Assembly: GCA_963667175.2 (NCBI GenBank)
Contig: CAXXXF010000004.1
Coordinates: forward strand, 18,361-82,360
Direction: 5' to 3'
Length of the DNA: 64,000 bases
From: Candidatus Latescibacterota bacterium
GTDB lineage: Bacteria; Latescibacterota; UBA2968; GCA-2709665
The position numbers and the translations under genes are program-made. This document shows, one piece after another, positions 28,105 through 37,045 of the stretch. Each line of letters opens with the position of its first letter. Position 1 is the stretch's first letter. The notes below the pieces were generated by a model, which saw only the letters and a list, made by a program, of their open reading frames with translations, was not told the DNA's origin and made no database searches.

Positions 28105-29502
28105 GTGGGACCCCGCAAAACAAACGTGGTGTTCATTCTGACCGATGACCAGGGTGTCTGGGCGGCGGGGTGCTACGGCAATTCCGAGATCCGCACGCCC
28201 AATATCGACCGGATCGCGAACACCGGCGTGCGTTTCCAGAACTTTTTCGTGGCAACGCCGGTCTGTTCGCCCAGCCGGGCGACGTTTCTTACGGGCCGCA
28301 TTTCCTCTCAGCACGGAGTGCACGATTGGATCAGTGGGGGAAACGTTGGGGAGGACGCGGCATCCTACCTGGAGGAGGAAATCACGTACACGGACGTGCT
28401 GGCGGAAAATGGATGGACGTGCGGAATCAGCGGCAAATGGCACCTGGGCAACAGCCGGATACCGCAGCACGGGTTCGCGCACTGGTTCGTGCACCAGCGG
28501 GGCGGCGGCAAATACAACGATGCGCCGATGGTGCGCGACGGCAGGCTGATCGATGCGCCGGGATACGTGACCAACGTCATTACGGACGACGCGCTGGCAT
28601 TCATCGACCGGCATGCGGAAGGCGAAGACCCGTTCTACCTGAGCGTACACTATACCGCGCCGCACAGCCCGTGGACCGGTCATCCGCGGGACGTGGTGGA
28701 TTCCTACGACGATTGCGCGTTCGATTCCTGCCCGCAGGAACCCCGGCATCCATGGGCCATCGGATTGACGGACCAATGCCTGGGCAACCGCGAGACGTTG
28801 AAGGGATATTTCGCGGCCGTGACGGCGATGGACGCGGACGTCGGCCGGATTCTGGACAGGCTGGAGGCGCACGGGATCCGGGACGAGACGCTGGTGGTCT
28901 TTGTCAGCGATAACGGGTTCAGCTGCGGGCGCCACGGATTCTGGGGCAAAGGGAACGGCACGCGCCCCCTGAACATGTACGAGAATTCGGTCAAGGTACC
29001 GGCCGTGATGAGCCATCCCGGACGGATTCCTGAAGGACTCGTTCAGCCGGCAATGGTGAGTGCGTATGACTTTATGCCGACGCTTCTTGAGTACCTGGAG
29101 CTGCCGCTTCCGGAGGGCCGCAATCTACCGGGGAAGAGTTTCCTGCCCGAGTTGCTTGGCCGCGACGATTCGGGCCGGGAGTCAGTGGTGGTCTACGACG
29201 AATACGGCCCTACCAGAATGGTCAGGACGCGTGACCGGAAGTTCATTCTCCGCCATCCGGATGGACCGAACGAACTCTACGACCTCGTGAACGATCCCGA
29301 TGAACGCACGAATCGGATTGGAGACGCCGTTCATGCGCCGTGTGTTGCGGAGATGAGGGCAATGCTGGAAGATTGGTTCGCAACCTATGCCGACCCGGAA
29401 AAGGATGGGCGCGAGCGCGGCGTTACGGGCAGCGGCCAGCAACGGCCGCTCGGAAGGGAATGGGAGAACCGAGGCCATGCGTTTCGGGGGAAGAAGCGAT
29501 AA
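28105..29502 (+). CDS. Formylglycine-dependent (Cys-type) sulfatase, no obvious signal peptide
   Basis: Motifs NVVFILTDDQG and CSPSRATFLTGR (C-x-P-x-R), GKWHLG, DNG. Start is uncertain: GTG 28105 (GGAGAG upstream) is preferred over the ORF-track TTG 28045. Confidence 0.85.
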   Translation: MGPRKTNVVFILTDDQGVWAAGCYGNSEIRTPNIDRIANTGVRFQNFFVATPVCSPSRATFLTGRISSQHGVHDWISGGNVGEDAASYLEEEITYTDVLAENGWTCGISGKWHLGNSRIPQHGFAHWFVHQRGGGKYNDAPMVRDGRLIDAPGYVTNVITDDALAFIDRHAEGEDPFYLSVHYTAPHSPWTGHPRDVVDSYDDCAFDSCPQEPRHPWAIGLTDQCLGNRETLKGYFAAVTAMDADVGRILDRLEAHGIRDETLVVFVSDNGFSCGRHGFWGKGNGTRPLNMYENSVKVPAVMSHPGRIPEGLVQPAMVSAYDFMPTLLEYLELPLPEGRNLPGKSFLPELLGRDDSGRESVVVYDEYGPTRMVRTRDRKFILRHPDGPNELYDLVNDPDERTNRIGDAVHAPCVAEMRAMLEDWFATYADPEKDGRERGVTGSGQQRPLGREWENRGHAFRGKKR

Positions 29503-29509
29503 GCTAAAG

Positions 29510-29660
29510 GCGGGGAGACGTTAGACGTAAGAGGGGATAGGAAATGAGTGCCCTATGGTTTTTCTAGTTGTTACGATAACGAAAAATAGACTGGCACGGT
29601 TAATGTGAAAACACTATGCTAACGTTATCCTCTACCGTCTACCGGCTCACGTCTCACCGC
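29510..29660. mobile_element. MITE-like element, family A (imperfect TIRs GCGGGGAGACGTTAGACG... / ...CGTCTACCGGCTCACGTCTCACCGC)
   Basis: The left end GCGGGGAGACGTTAGACGTAAGAGG resembles the reverse complement of the right end (GCGGTGAGACGTGAGCCGGTAGACGG). A 30-nt block TCTACCGTCTACCGGCTCACGTCTCACCGC is identical to 36928-36957. No coding capacity. Confidence 0.5.
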
Positions 29661-29745
29661 TTTTAAGCAACCTCTCAACCAGGCCGTCGAAGCGCAGCAA
29701 TAAGGGATCAGCTGAAATCTATAACGTAAGCGCAAGGAGCAACCC

Positions 29746-31380
29746 ATGAACGTCGCAGATGCGGTAGCCCATATTATGAAAGCGGAGGGCGTGGAATACC
29801 TCTTCGCCTATCCTGTGAATCCCCTCATCGAGGCCGCGGCCAAGGTGGATATCCGGCCCATTCTGGTCCGCCAGGAACGCATCGGCCTGCACATGGCCGA
29901 CGCGCTGAGCCGGATGACGTCCGGCAAACAGATCGGCGTCTTCTGCATGCAGAGCGGCCCCGGTTCCGAGAACGCATTCGGCGGGGTCGCCCAGGCATAC
30001 GGGGACTCGGCGCCGATCCTTGTGCTGCCGCTGGGTTATTCCAGAAAGCTGACCAACGTACAGCCGAATTTCAACTCGGCGCTGAACTACCGTCACGTCA
30101 CCAAGCTTTCCGAGCAGGTGATCCTTGCGGAAACCGTGCCCGAGGTGATGCGGAGAGCATTCACGCAGGTGCGCAACGGCCGCCCCCGCCCGGTGCTTGT
30201 GGAATTCCCGGGGGACGTGTTCGACGAGGAGATTGCCGGGCCTCTCCACTACCGTCCTGCGCCATCGCTGAGGACCGGTCCGGACCCGCGCGACGTCGAG
30301 AAGGCGGCGACCTTGCTGCTGGACGCGCACCGGCCCGTGATCTATGCGGGGCAGGGCGTGCACTACGCGGAGGCCTGGGAGGCTCTGCGCGACCTCTCGG
30401 AACTCCTCGAAGCGCCCGTCACCACCAGTCTGGGGGGAAAGAGCGCCTTTCCGGAGAACCACCAACTGTCGTTGGGTTCCGGCGGCAGGTCCATTCCCAA
30501 ACCCGTGCACCACTTCCTGCAGGAGGCGGACCTGATCTTCGGGATCGGATGCAGTTTCACTCGCACCAATTTCGGAGTGCCCATGCCCGAGGGGAAACGG
30601 GTTGTCCACGCCACGCTGGATCCGGGGGATATCAACAAAGACGTGGACGTCGAGCACGGGCTGGTTGGTGACGCGAAACTCACCCTGGAGGCTCTGGCGG
30701 AGGAAGTCAGCGCGCGGTTGGATGGAAAAGCCCGGGGCCTGGCGGAAGGGGTGGCGCGGGAGATTGCATCAGTGAAGCGCGAGTGGCTCTCTCAGTGGAT
30801 GCCGAAGTTGACGCTGAATGAGGCGCCTCTGTCGCCGTATCGGGTGATCCGCGATTTGATGCGGACCGTCGACGTTCCGAACACGATCATCACACACGAC
30901 GCCGGCAGCCCCCGAGACCAGCTCTCCCCGTTCTGGGAGTCCCATACACCGCTCTCCTACATCGGCTGGGGAAAAACGACCCAGCTCGGTTACGGTCTGG
31001 GCCTTGCCATGGGCGCCAAGCTGGCCAGCCCGGACAAGCTGTGTATCAATGTCTGGGGCGATGCCGCCATCGGCTTTACCGGAATGGACTTTGAGACGGC
31101 CGTGCGCGAGCGCATACCCATACTGTCGGTGCTCTTCAACAATTTCAGCATGGCGATTGAACTTCCGATCATGCCCGTTTCCACGGAAAAATACCGCAGC
31201 ACGGACATTTCCGGTCACTACGCAGACATGGCAAAGGCGTTCGGAGGCTACGGGGAGCGCGTGGAATCGCCCGACGACGTCGTGCCGGCCATCGAGCGGG
31301 GAATCAGAAAAACGGAGGAAGGCGTCCCGGTGCTGCTGGAGTTCATCACGGCGAAGGAGATCGAATTCTCACTCTTCTGA
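29746..31380 (+). CDS. Thiamine-pyrophosphate-binding enzyme (acetolactate synthase-like large-subunit family)
   Basis: 544 aa, AAGGAG upstream. N-terminal TPP_enzyme_N features (GVEYLFAYP...QSGPGSENAFGG...A..DS.PILVL) and a C-terminal TPP-binding region (GDAA.GF.GMDFETAVR...P...V.FNN). Confidence 0.85.
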   Translation: MNVADAVAHIMKAEGVEYLFAYPVNPLIEAAAKVDIRPILVRQERIGLHMADALSRMTSGKQIGVFCMQSGPGSENAFGGVAQAYGDSAPILVLPLGYSRKLTNVQPNFNSALNYRHVTKLSEQVILAETVPEVMRRAFTQVRNGRPRPVLVEFPGDVFDEEIAGPLHYRPAPSLRTGPDPRDVEKAATLLLDAHRPVIYAGQGVHYAEAWEALRDLSELLEAPVTTSLGGKSAFPENHQLSLGSGGRSIPKPVHHFLQEADLIFGIGCSFTRTNFGVPMPEGKRVVHATLDPGDINKDVDVEHGLVGDAKLTLEALAEEVSARLDGKARGLAEGVAREIASVKREWLSQWMPKLTLNEAPLSPYRVIRDLMRTVDVPNTIITHDAGSPRDQLSPFWESHTPLSYIGWGKTTQLGYGLGLAMGAKLASPDKLCINVWGDAAIGFTGMDFETAVRERIPILSVLFNNFSMAIELPIMPVSTEKYRSTDISGHYADMAKAFGGYGERVESPDDVVPAIERGIRKTEEGVPVLLEFITAKEIEFSLF

Positions 31381-31471
31381 TCGTTCCATTTGAACCATCC
31401 GAGCCCAATCCCGCGCAGCGCGAACCCGTTGCGCCAAACAACGTCGCTACACACAAACGGAGGGGATTTCA

Positions 31472-32008
31472 ATGAAGCGAACATCGATTTTCGGCTTTGC
31501 CGTTCTTGCCAGTGTGGCACTGTCCTGCGGTGACGACAAACCCACGGAGCCAGTCCACGAACTGGTAGGATCGTGGACGTTACAGGGATCCAATTTGGTT
31601 GCTACGTTCTCAACAAACCTGCGGAATTACCTTTTGGACCAGGGCGTGGACGAGGCGACCGCGCGAAACGTAGTCGCGGAGTTCATCAGCGGGATAGAAA
31701 ACAGCATCGGCGGGTTGAACATCGTGCGAATTAACGCAGACGGGACGTATCAAGATAATTCGGGAGGCGCCGGTACCTGGTCTGTCCAGGGCGACGTGTT
31801 GACGCTCAATGATAACGATGGGTCTACCATTCAGATGCAGTATTTTTTGGACGGCGATGACCTGACGCTCATCCTGACCAGGGAGCGATACCTGAACCTG
31901 TTCAGGCGGTCGCAGGATTCCGATCAAATTGACGCGGAGACACTGGCGTTTCTCGATGTCCTGTTTGGGGACGGAGACACGATCCGTTTTTTCTATAAGG
32001 CCAGATAA
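31472..32008 (+). CDS. Lipoprotein (lipocalin-like), paralog 1
   Basis: 178 aa, GGAGGGG RBS. Signal peptide plus lipobox ALSCG, then DDKPTEPVHELVGSW. Confidence 0.75.
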   Translation: MKRTSIFGFAVLASVALSCGDDKPTEPVHELVGSWTLQGSNLVATFSTNLRNYLLDQGVDEATARNVVAEFISGIENSIGGLNIVRINADGTYQDNSGGAGTWSVQGDVLTLNDNDGSTIQMQYFLDGDDLTLILTRERYLNLFRRSQDSDQIDAETLAFLDVLFGDGDTIRFFYKAR

Positions 32009-32083
32009 CGACCGGAAATTCCCGCGGAACCTGGCAGGCGCAGGGATGAAAATGGCGTTGCGACAATGCCGGAGGACGACCTG

Positions 32084-32626
32084 ATGAGCCGGATATCGAT
32101 GGTCGGATTGACTGTGCTTGTTGGCGTTGCGATGTCCTGTGGTGACGACAAACCCACGGAGCCGGTCCACGAACTGGTTGGATCCTGGGTTTACCAGACA
32201 TCCGAATTCAGTGCCACGGCAGCCAGAAACCTGCAGAATTACATGGTGAATCAGGGTCTGGACCTGACAGCCGCGGTTCGCCTGGTCTCGGAATTCAGGA
32301 ATGAGATGGATAGCGGATTCCGGGATACGGGATTGGAGATGGTGCGATTTAATCAAGACCGAACCTACGAAGGAAATTCCGGCAATTCCGGAATCTGGTC
32401 GGTCCTGGGCGACGTCCTCACGATGGTGGGCGAAGATGGGTTTACGATTCAATGTCAGTACTTTGTGGATGGCGAAAACCTGACGATCATCCTGAACAAG
32501 CAACGATACCTGAACATTGTCAGGGGGCCCGGAGGTTCGGTTGAGATTGACCCGGACAAAGTGGCGCTTCTGGATATCTTGTTTGGAGACGGCGACTCAC
32601 TCCGACTCTTCTATGCGGCCAATTAA
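32084..32626 (+). CDS. Lipoprotein (lipocalin-like), paralog 2
   Basis: 180 aa from ATG 32084 (GGAGGA 7 nt upstream). Lipobox AMSCG, then an identical DDKPTEPVHELVGSW. Colinear with paralog 1 through to ...LFGDGD..R.FY.A. Confidence 0.75.
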   Translation: MSRISMVGLTVLVGVAMSCGDDKPTEPVHELVGSWVYQTSEFSATAARNLQNYMVNQGLDLTAAVRLVSEFRNEMDSGFRDTGLEMVRFNQDRTYEGNSGNSGIWSVLGDVLTMVGEDGFTIQCQYFVDGENLTIILNKQRYLNIVRGPGGSVEIDPDKVALLDILFGDGDSLRLFYAAN

Positions 32627-32795
32627 CGTTCAGGACGGATACGCCGACGATGCTCGGCCGGCATGTCATTCTGTGCGCAGCGAAGAATCTCCCGTCTTCT
32701 CGGCTTGACGTGCGGCCGAAGCCTTCACCAACCCCTATGCGCGGAGGCCGGCTTTTCATCGGCGCCACCTTACCGTGCCCCCTCTGGCCAATGCA

Positions 32796-32817
32796 GGGGC
32801 GTCCCTTGTGGACGCCC
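32796..32817. repeat. REP-like hairpin (GGGGCGTCC-CTTGT-GGACGCCC)
   Basis: Same family as 20948. Intergenic. Confidence 0.65.
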
Positions 32818-32938
32818 GGCCTCCCGAATCGGAAATGATCGGCCGCCCTGTCATTCTCCGAAGAATTTTCCGCCCAACGGATTGTACGTCGGCCGAAGGC
32901 TCTCGTCATCCAATCAGACAAGGTATCGAACATACGTA

Positions 32939-32967
32939 TTGACATTACAATTATAAAAGTCTATTTT
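32939..32967 (+). promoter_or_regulatory. Putative sigma70-type promoter (TTGACA-17 nt-TATTTT) giving a leaderless or near-leaderless mRNA
   Basis: TTGACA at 32939-32944, a 17-nt AT-rich spacer, TATTTT at 32962-32967, and the ATG of the ATPase gene at 32976. Confidence 0.4.
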
Positions 32968-32975
32968 AGATATTC

Positions 32976-34142
32976 ATGTATAATCGAATATTGAATATAG
33001 ATTTAATCGATCAACAGACGTGTTTTCTGTGGGGTCCGCGCCAGACAGGGAAGAGCACGCTCATGCGTGGGTTGTTTCCACGGGCAAAGCGTTACGATCT
33101 GCTGCTGGCCGACGTGTATCGCGCTCTGATAGATCGTCCGGAGTTGATTCGCGAGGAGTGCCTGGCGGCCGGATTGGACGGCGATTCACAGGTCGATCCG
33201 ATCGTCATCGACGAGGTCCAGCGGATCCCAGACCTGTTGAACGAAGTGCATTGGCTCGTGGAAAACAGGGGACTGCGCTTTCTTCTCTGTGGGTCGAGCG
33301 CGCGAAAGTTGAGGCGGGGCGGCAGCAATCTGCTGGGCGGGCGTGCCATTCGTTATCAGTTGCATCCCCTGGTCTATTCCGAGATTCCTGATTTTTCACT
33401 CGAACGAGCGTTGAATGCCGGCCTGCTGCCGAGGCACTACCTGAGCGCGCGGCCAAGCCGGTTGATTCAAGCGTACGTTGGCGATTATCTTCGTGAGGAA
33501 ATCTCGGCGGAAGCGCTGACGCGAAATATCCCCGCGTTCAGCCGGTTTCTCGAAGTTGCGGCCTTGTCGAACGGCGAATTGATCAATTATAGTTCAATTG
33601 CCGCGGAATGCGGTGTCAGCGCGCCCACGGCAAGGGAATATTTCCAGATTCTGAACGACACCCTGATCGGAAGCCAGGTACCTGCGTTTCGCAGGCGTGC
33701 AAAGCGCCGCGTTGTGGCGGCGCCCCGGTTTTATTTCTTCGATATCGGCGTTGTGGCGCATCTCACGGGCCGCGGACAGGTCCGTCCGGGTTCGGAGTTA
33801 TTCGGGAGAGCATTCGAACACTTCATCTATATGGAGGTGTCAGCGCATTCCAGCTATTCCGGGTCTCTCTATCCAATCACGTACTGGCGCACGACGTCCG
33901 GTTTCGAGGTCGATTTCATCCTTGGTACCGGCGACGCCGCCCTCGAAGTGAAGTCGACGTCCCGGATCCAGGACAGACACCTGAAGGGCATCCGGGCGTT
34001 CAAGGAAGAATTCGACGTCGCCCGATGTCTCGTCGTTTCACAGGACGCGTCGCCGAGGATGACCACCGATGGCATCCTGATATTGCCCTGGCAGGATTTT
34101 CTGGAGCGTCTCTGGAACGGCGCGATCGTCCCAACGGCGTAG
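32976..34142 (+). CDS. AAA-family ATPase with DUF4143-type C-terminal domain (second copy of the family)
   Basis: 388 aa. Walker A GPRQTGKST, Walker B IVIDEVQ, and a PD-(D/E)xK-like C-terminus (EVDFIL...ALEVKS). Confidence 0.8.
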   Translation: MYNRILNIDLIDQQTCFLWGPRQTGKSTLMRGLFPRAKRYDLLLADVYRALIDRPELIREECLAAGLDGDSQVDPIVIDEVQRIPDLLNEVHWLVENRGLRFLLCGSSARKLRRGGSNLLGGRAIRYQLHPLVYSEIPDFSLERALNAGLLPRHYLSARPSRLIQAYVGDYLREEISAEALTRNIPAFSRFLEVAALSNGELINYSSIAAECGVSAPTAREYFQILNDTLIGSQVPAFRRRAKRRVVAAPRFYFFDIGVVAHLTGRGQVRPGSELFGRAFEHFIYMEVSAHSSYSGSLYPITYWRTTSGFEVDFILGTGDAALEVKSTSRIQDRHLKGIRAFKEEFDVARCLVVSQDASPRMTTDGILILPWQDFLERLWNGAIVPTA

Positions 34143-34271
34143 CCGCCGTTCCTCGCGACCCGCCCCTGCGCTGCTTCCCCGTTAGCCCTCTCCGCAGTTT
34201 CCCTCGCCGCTTTGTATTACTTCGATCACCCGCCCTCGCGTCGTTCACGTCCGCCACCGGTCCTGTGTAAC

Positions 34272-35132
34272 CTATCCCACGATCGCATTGATGTCCTGTA
34301 CGACGATATCCGTCGCGCCGAGCGTGCGCAGGCGAATCAGGAGTCCGGCCGTCTGCGATCTGGGCACGACGGTCTCGATCGCGCTGGCGCTGTCCGACGT
34401 GGGGCTGAGCGTGGGGGCGCGTCGCGCGGGCAGGGTCTTCAGAACGGCGGGCCGGCGCCGGTTGTCGACGTTCAGTTTGACGAGCTGATAGTTTTCGGCC
34501 TCGAGTGCGCCCGCCATGAGGTCTCCGAGCGCAACAAATTCGGGCCGGGGTTCCCGCGCGATAAGCACGATGGGCGATACCATGAACTCCTCGACGATTT
34601 CAAGCCCGTTCTCGCGGAGGCTGTCGCCCGTGATGGTGACCCCCACACCGTAGTCGAAGAGCTTCATCGCCACCTTGATTTCCGTGCTGCCGTGCGAGAA
34701 ATCAACCGCCGCATGGGGATAGCGCGCGCGGGTAATCGCCGGATATTCGGAGCTGATGGCGGCTGTCGCATTTTGCGACGGTGGTCGACTGTCCTGCCGT
34801 CGGAACAGCACGACGCGCGCGGGCGTACGGGTCTCGCGGCTGATATTGAGTTCCGCCAGGCGCCGGAGCCGGGTGTCGGATCCCGCCTCGTGGGCGAGTT
34901 CGGTTTCGACAACGCAGTCCAGGCCGCAGATGCCGCAATCGATCTGCCGTTTCAGGAGCGCCCCGGGAATATCCTGGGGACGCATATAGACGGCCTGACC
35001 GAAGAGGTCCAGTCCCTCCATCGCAACCTGGCCGTTGCGTCCCGTGGGGCGAACGTCCAGGCCGACTCGGGAAAGCAGGTCGCAAAGCGGACCCTGCATG
35101 CTGCCGTTGGGCAGACCAAGTGTGAAATTCAT
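34272..35132 (-). CDS. hisG: ATP phosphoribosyltransferase (long form)
   Basis: 286 aa. LGLPNGS, RPQDIP, HGSTEIKV....D.GV..T.TGDSLRENGL, and a C-terminal regulatory domain. Confidence 0.8.
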   Translation of the reverse strand: MNFTLGLPNGSMQGPLCDLLSRVGLDVRPTGRNGQVAMEGLDLFGQAVYMRPQDIPGALLKRQIDCGICGLDCVVETELAHEAGSDTRLRRLAELNISRETRTPARVVLFRRQDSRPPSQNATAAISSEYPAITRARYPHAAVDFSHGSTEIKVAMKLFDYGVGVTITGDSLRENGLEIVEEFMVSPIVLIAREPRPEFVALGDLMAGALEAENYQLVKLNVDNRRRPAVLKTLPARRAPTLSPTSDSASAIETVVPRSQTAGLLIRLRTLGATDIVVQDINAIVG

Positions 35133-35135
35133 GGT

Positions 35136-35564
35136 TTACTCCGAAACGGTTCCGGGATCCACAAACGCCAGATTCCCGTTGTCGATGCTGCGGTAATAGC
35201 AACCATACCGGGCGCGGCCGTTTTCCTTCGTGTGACACGATCCCTCGCCCTTCAGGCGCACCATGTATAGCAGGGAATTCTGCTCGCAGTTCACCCGCAC
35301 GTCGACCAGCTCGAGCATGTTCCCCGACGTTGCCCCTTTGATCCAGAGTTCGTTTCGGGACGTACTCCAGAACGTCGCCACCCCATGTTCGAGCGCGTGG
35401 TCCAGCGCCTTTCGATTGGCGTAGCCGATGAGAAGGACGGCTTTGCTCTCCACGTCCTGTACTGCGACAGGGATGACTGAGTGGCCGGTCTGTGCAACCC
35501 GGTTCAATTTCCCGAAGTCGAGTTGAATCGATGTGCCCTCTTCGAGTTTGACGTCGACAGCCAT
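35136..35564 (-). CDS. hisI: Phosphoribosyl-AMP cyclohydrolase
   Basis: 142 aa from ATG 35564 (AGAGGAAA upstream). VIPVAVQD, FWSTSRNELWIKGATSGN, VRVNCEQNSLLY.V...G..CHT. The ORF-track 5' extension to 35864 overlaps the next gene and is rejected. Confidence 0.85.
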   Translation of the reverse strand: MAVDVKLEEGTSIQLDFGKLNRVAQTGHSVIPVAVQDVESKAVLLIGYANRKALDHALEHGVATFWSTSRNELWIKGATSGNMLELVDVRVNCEQNSLLYMVRLKGEGSCHTKENGRARYGCYYRSIDNGNLAFVDPGTVSE

Positions 35565-35604
35565 GGCGATTTCCTCTTTGAGCGGGATTCGGGGTCGATT
35601 CTCT

Positions 35605-36327
35605 TCATGCTTTCTCAATAATTGCGACGTATACGGCGCCGGTTTCGGGAATGGTCCTTGAAATTCGCCAGCCGGTGTCCTCCAGAATGAACGCCATCTC
35701 CTTTCGGGACACCTGAAGGTAGTCGAACCACGCGTCCATGTATCGTTCGTACCGGATCCGGATTCTGAGCTGGCACGAGAACCTGCCGCGCCTGCGGTTC
35801 GATTCGTGATAATCCAGATGCACTTTACTGGTGGTTGCATAAGGGTCCCTGGTTTCCGCGACAATCCGTCCGCCGGAAGACGTCATATTGCGCATTTTCC
35901 GCAGCAGCCACCGGGCGCGTTTCAGGTTCCCGAACAGACCGAAGTTGGCGCCCAGCATGAGAATCGTATCGAACCGGCCGAGCCGCTGGGAAACCTGCGT
36001 TACGTTCAGAACCATGGCATTCGTCAGGCCGCGTTCACGGGCGACTCTGATCGCCAGGGGAGACCGGTCGATGCCCAGGACGTCGAACCCCTTCTGCTGA
36101 AGGTGGAGGGCGTGCCGTCCCGGCCCGCAGCCGACGTCCAGGACGCGTCCCGACACAAAGCTCATCGACTCCTGTTGCTGAGGCGGCCATTCGGAGAAGG
36201 GCTTGAAGTAGTCGCTCGACTTGCCGGCGGAGATGCACCCGTCTTCTCGTTCCACGATTTCCCGGGCGGGAATGCCGCGATGGAAGTCCCACATCATCCG
36301 TCCGTAAGCGTCGTCACTGTGTGGCAT
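35605..36327 (-). CDS. Class I SAM-dependent methyltransferase
   Basis: 240 aa. Motif I VLDVGCGPGRHA, post-I GIDRSP. Confidence 0.85.
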   Translation of the reverse strand: MPHSDDAYGRMMWDFHRGIPAREIVEREDGCISAGKSSDYFKPFSEWPPQQQESMSFVSGRVLDVGCGPGRHALHLQQKGFDVLGIDRSPLAIRVARERGLTNAMVLNVTQVSQRLGRFDTILMLGANFGLFGNLKRARWLLRKMRNMTSSGGRIVAETRDPYATTSKVHLDYHESNRRRGRFSCQLRIRIRYERYMDAWFDYLQVSRKEMAFILEDTGWRISRTIPETGAVYVAIIEKA

Positions 36328-36403
36328 TTTTCCGTTTCCTTTCCAGGATAAACCCGCCTGGTCGGATTACCGTCCATGGCTGAACCGTTCATCGATGCCC
36401 AAT

Positions 36404-36439
36404 AAAAAGGCCCGCTGTCTCTCGACAGCGGGCCTTTTT
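36404..36439. terminator. Bidirectional rho-independent terminator
   Basis: AAAAA-GGCCCGCTGTC-TCTC-GACAGCGGGCC-TTTTT. Perfect 11-bp GC-rich stem flanked by A and T runs. Confidence 0.85.
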
Positions 36440-36456
36440 GTTTCTGCGCAATCAAA

Positions 36457-36606
36457 TCAGGTCCAGTCCACCACCGAGCGAATTTCGCGAAGGGTCGCGG
36501 TAGCGCAATAATGCGCATGCCGATGGGCGGTGTGAGCGTAGAGGTACCCCGTTGGGGTGCTTACCGAATTCCTGAACGTGTCCCGGATGTCATTCATTGT
36601 CTTCAT
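36457..36606 (-). CDS. Small hypothetical protein (49 aa, His-rich)
   Basis: Below the ORF-track length cutoff. ATG 36606 to TGA 36457: MKTMNDIRDTFRNSVSTPTGYLYAHTAHRHAHYCATATLREIRSVVDWT. It ends 18 nt before the strong terminator. No clear SD and no recognised homolog. Confidence 0.3.
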   Translation of the reverse strand: MKTMNDIRDTFRNSVSTPTGYLYAHTAHRHAHYCATATLREIRSVVDWT

Positions 36607-36726
36607 CACGATCTAAAAATAGAAAAGCAGTATTTGCGCGTCAAGTTTTTTCTTTCTGGCGCACACCCTCGAGGCCGCGTCCTTTTGCGTTGTATCCGAA
36701 GTTTTCATTGGCTATTTTGTTGCAAA

Positions 36727-36957
36727 GCGGGGAGACGTTAGAGGGTAGACGGGAGAGATTGTCCGCCTCGTCCGGTTTCACTTTTTGCCGCAGGCATAAA
36801 GAAAAAACCAAACGGGCAAAGACGTCATCTACCGTCTCACGTCTTGCGTCTCACGGGTTTTGCTGCCCTGTGCGGTTTCATCTCTTGCCGGAGGCATAAA
36901 GGAAGGACAAATCTGGCAAGGATGTCATCTACCGTCTACCGGCTCACGTCTCACCGC
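36727..36957. mobile_element. MITE-like element, family A, with internal ~100-bp tandem duplication
   Basis: Left end GCGGGGAGACGTTAGAGGGTAGACGGGAGAG; right end ...TCTACCGTCTACCGGCTCACGTCTCACCGC. The internal unit CGGTTTCA..T.TTGCCG.AGGCATAAAG...GGCAA.GA.GTCATCTACCGTCT occurs twice. Confidence 0.5.
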
Positions 36958-37045
36958 AGTTAGGCGACCTCTCCCCCCAGCCCCCTCTCCCGGAGGGAAA
37001 GGGGGAGAAAACCAGGCGTCAAACGATGATTGAGAGGATCTGGAA

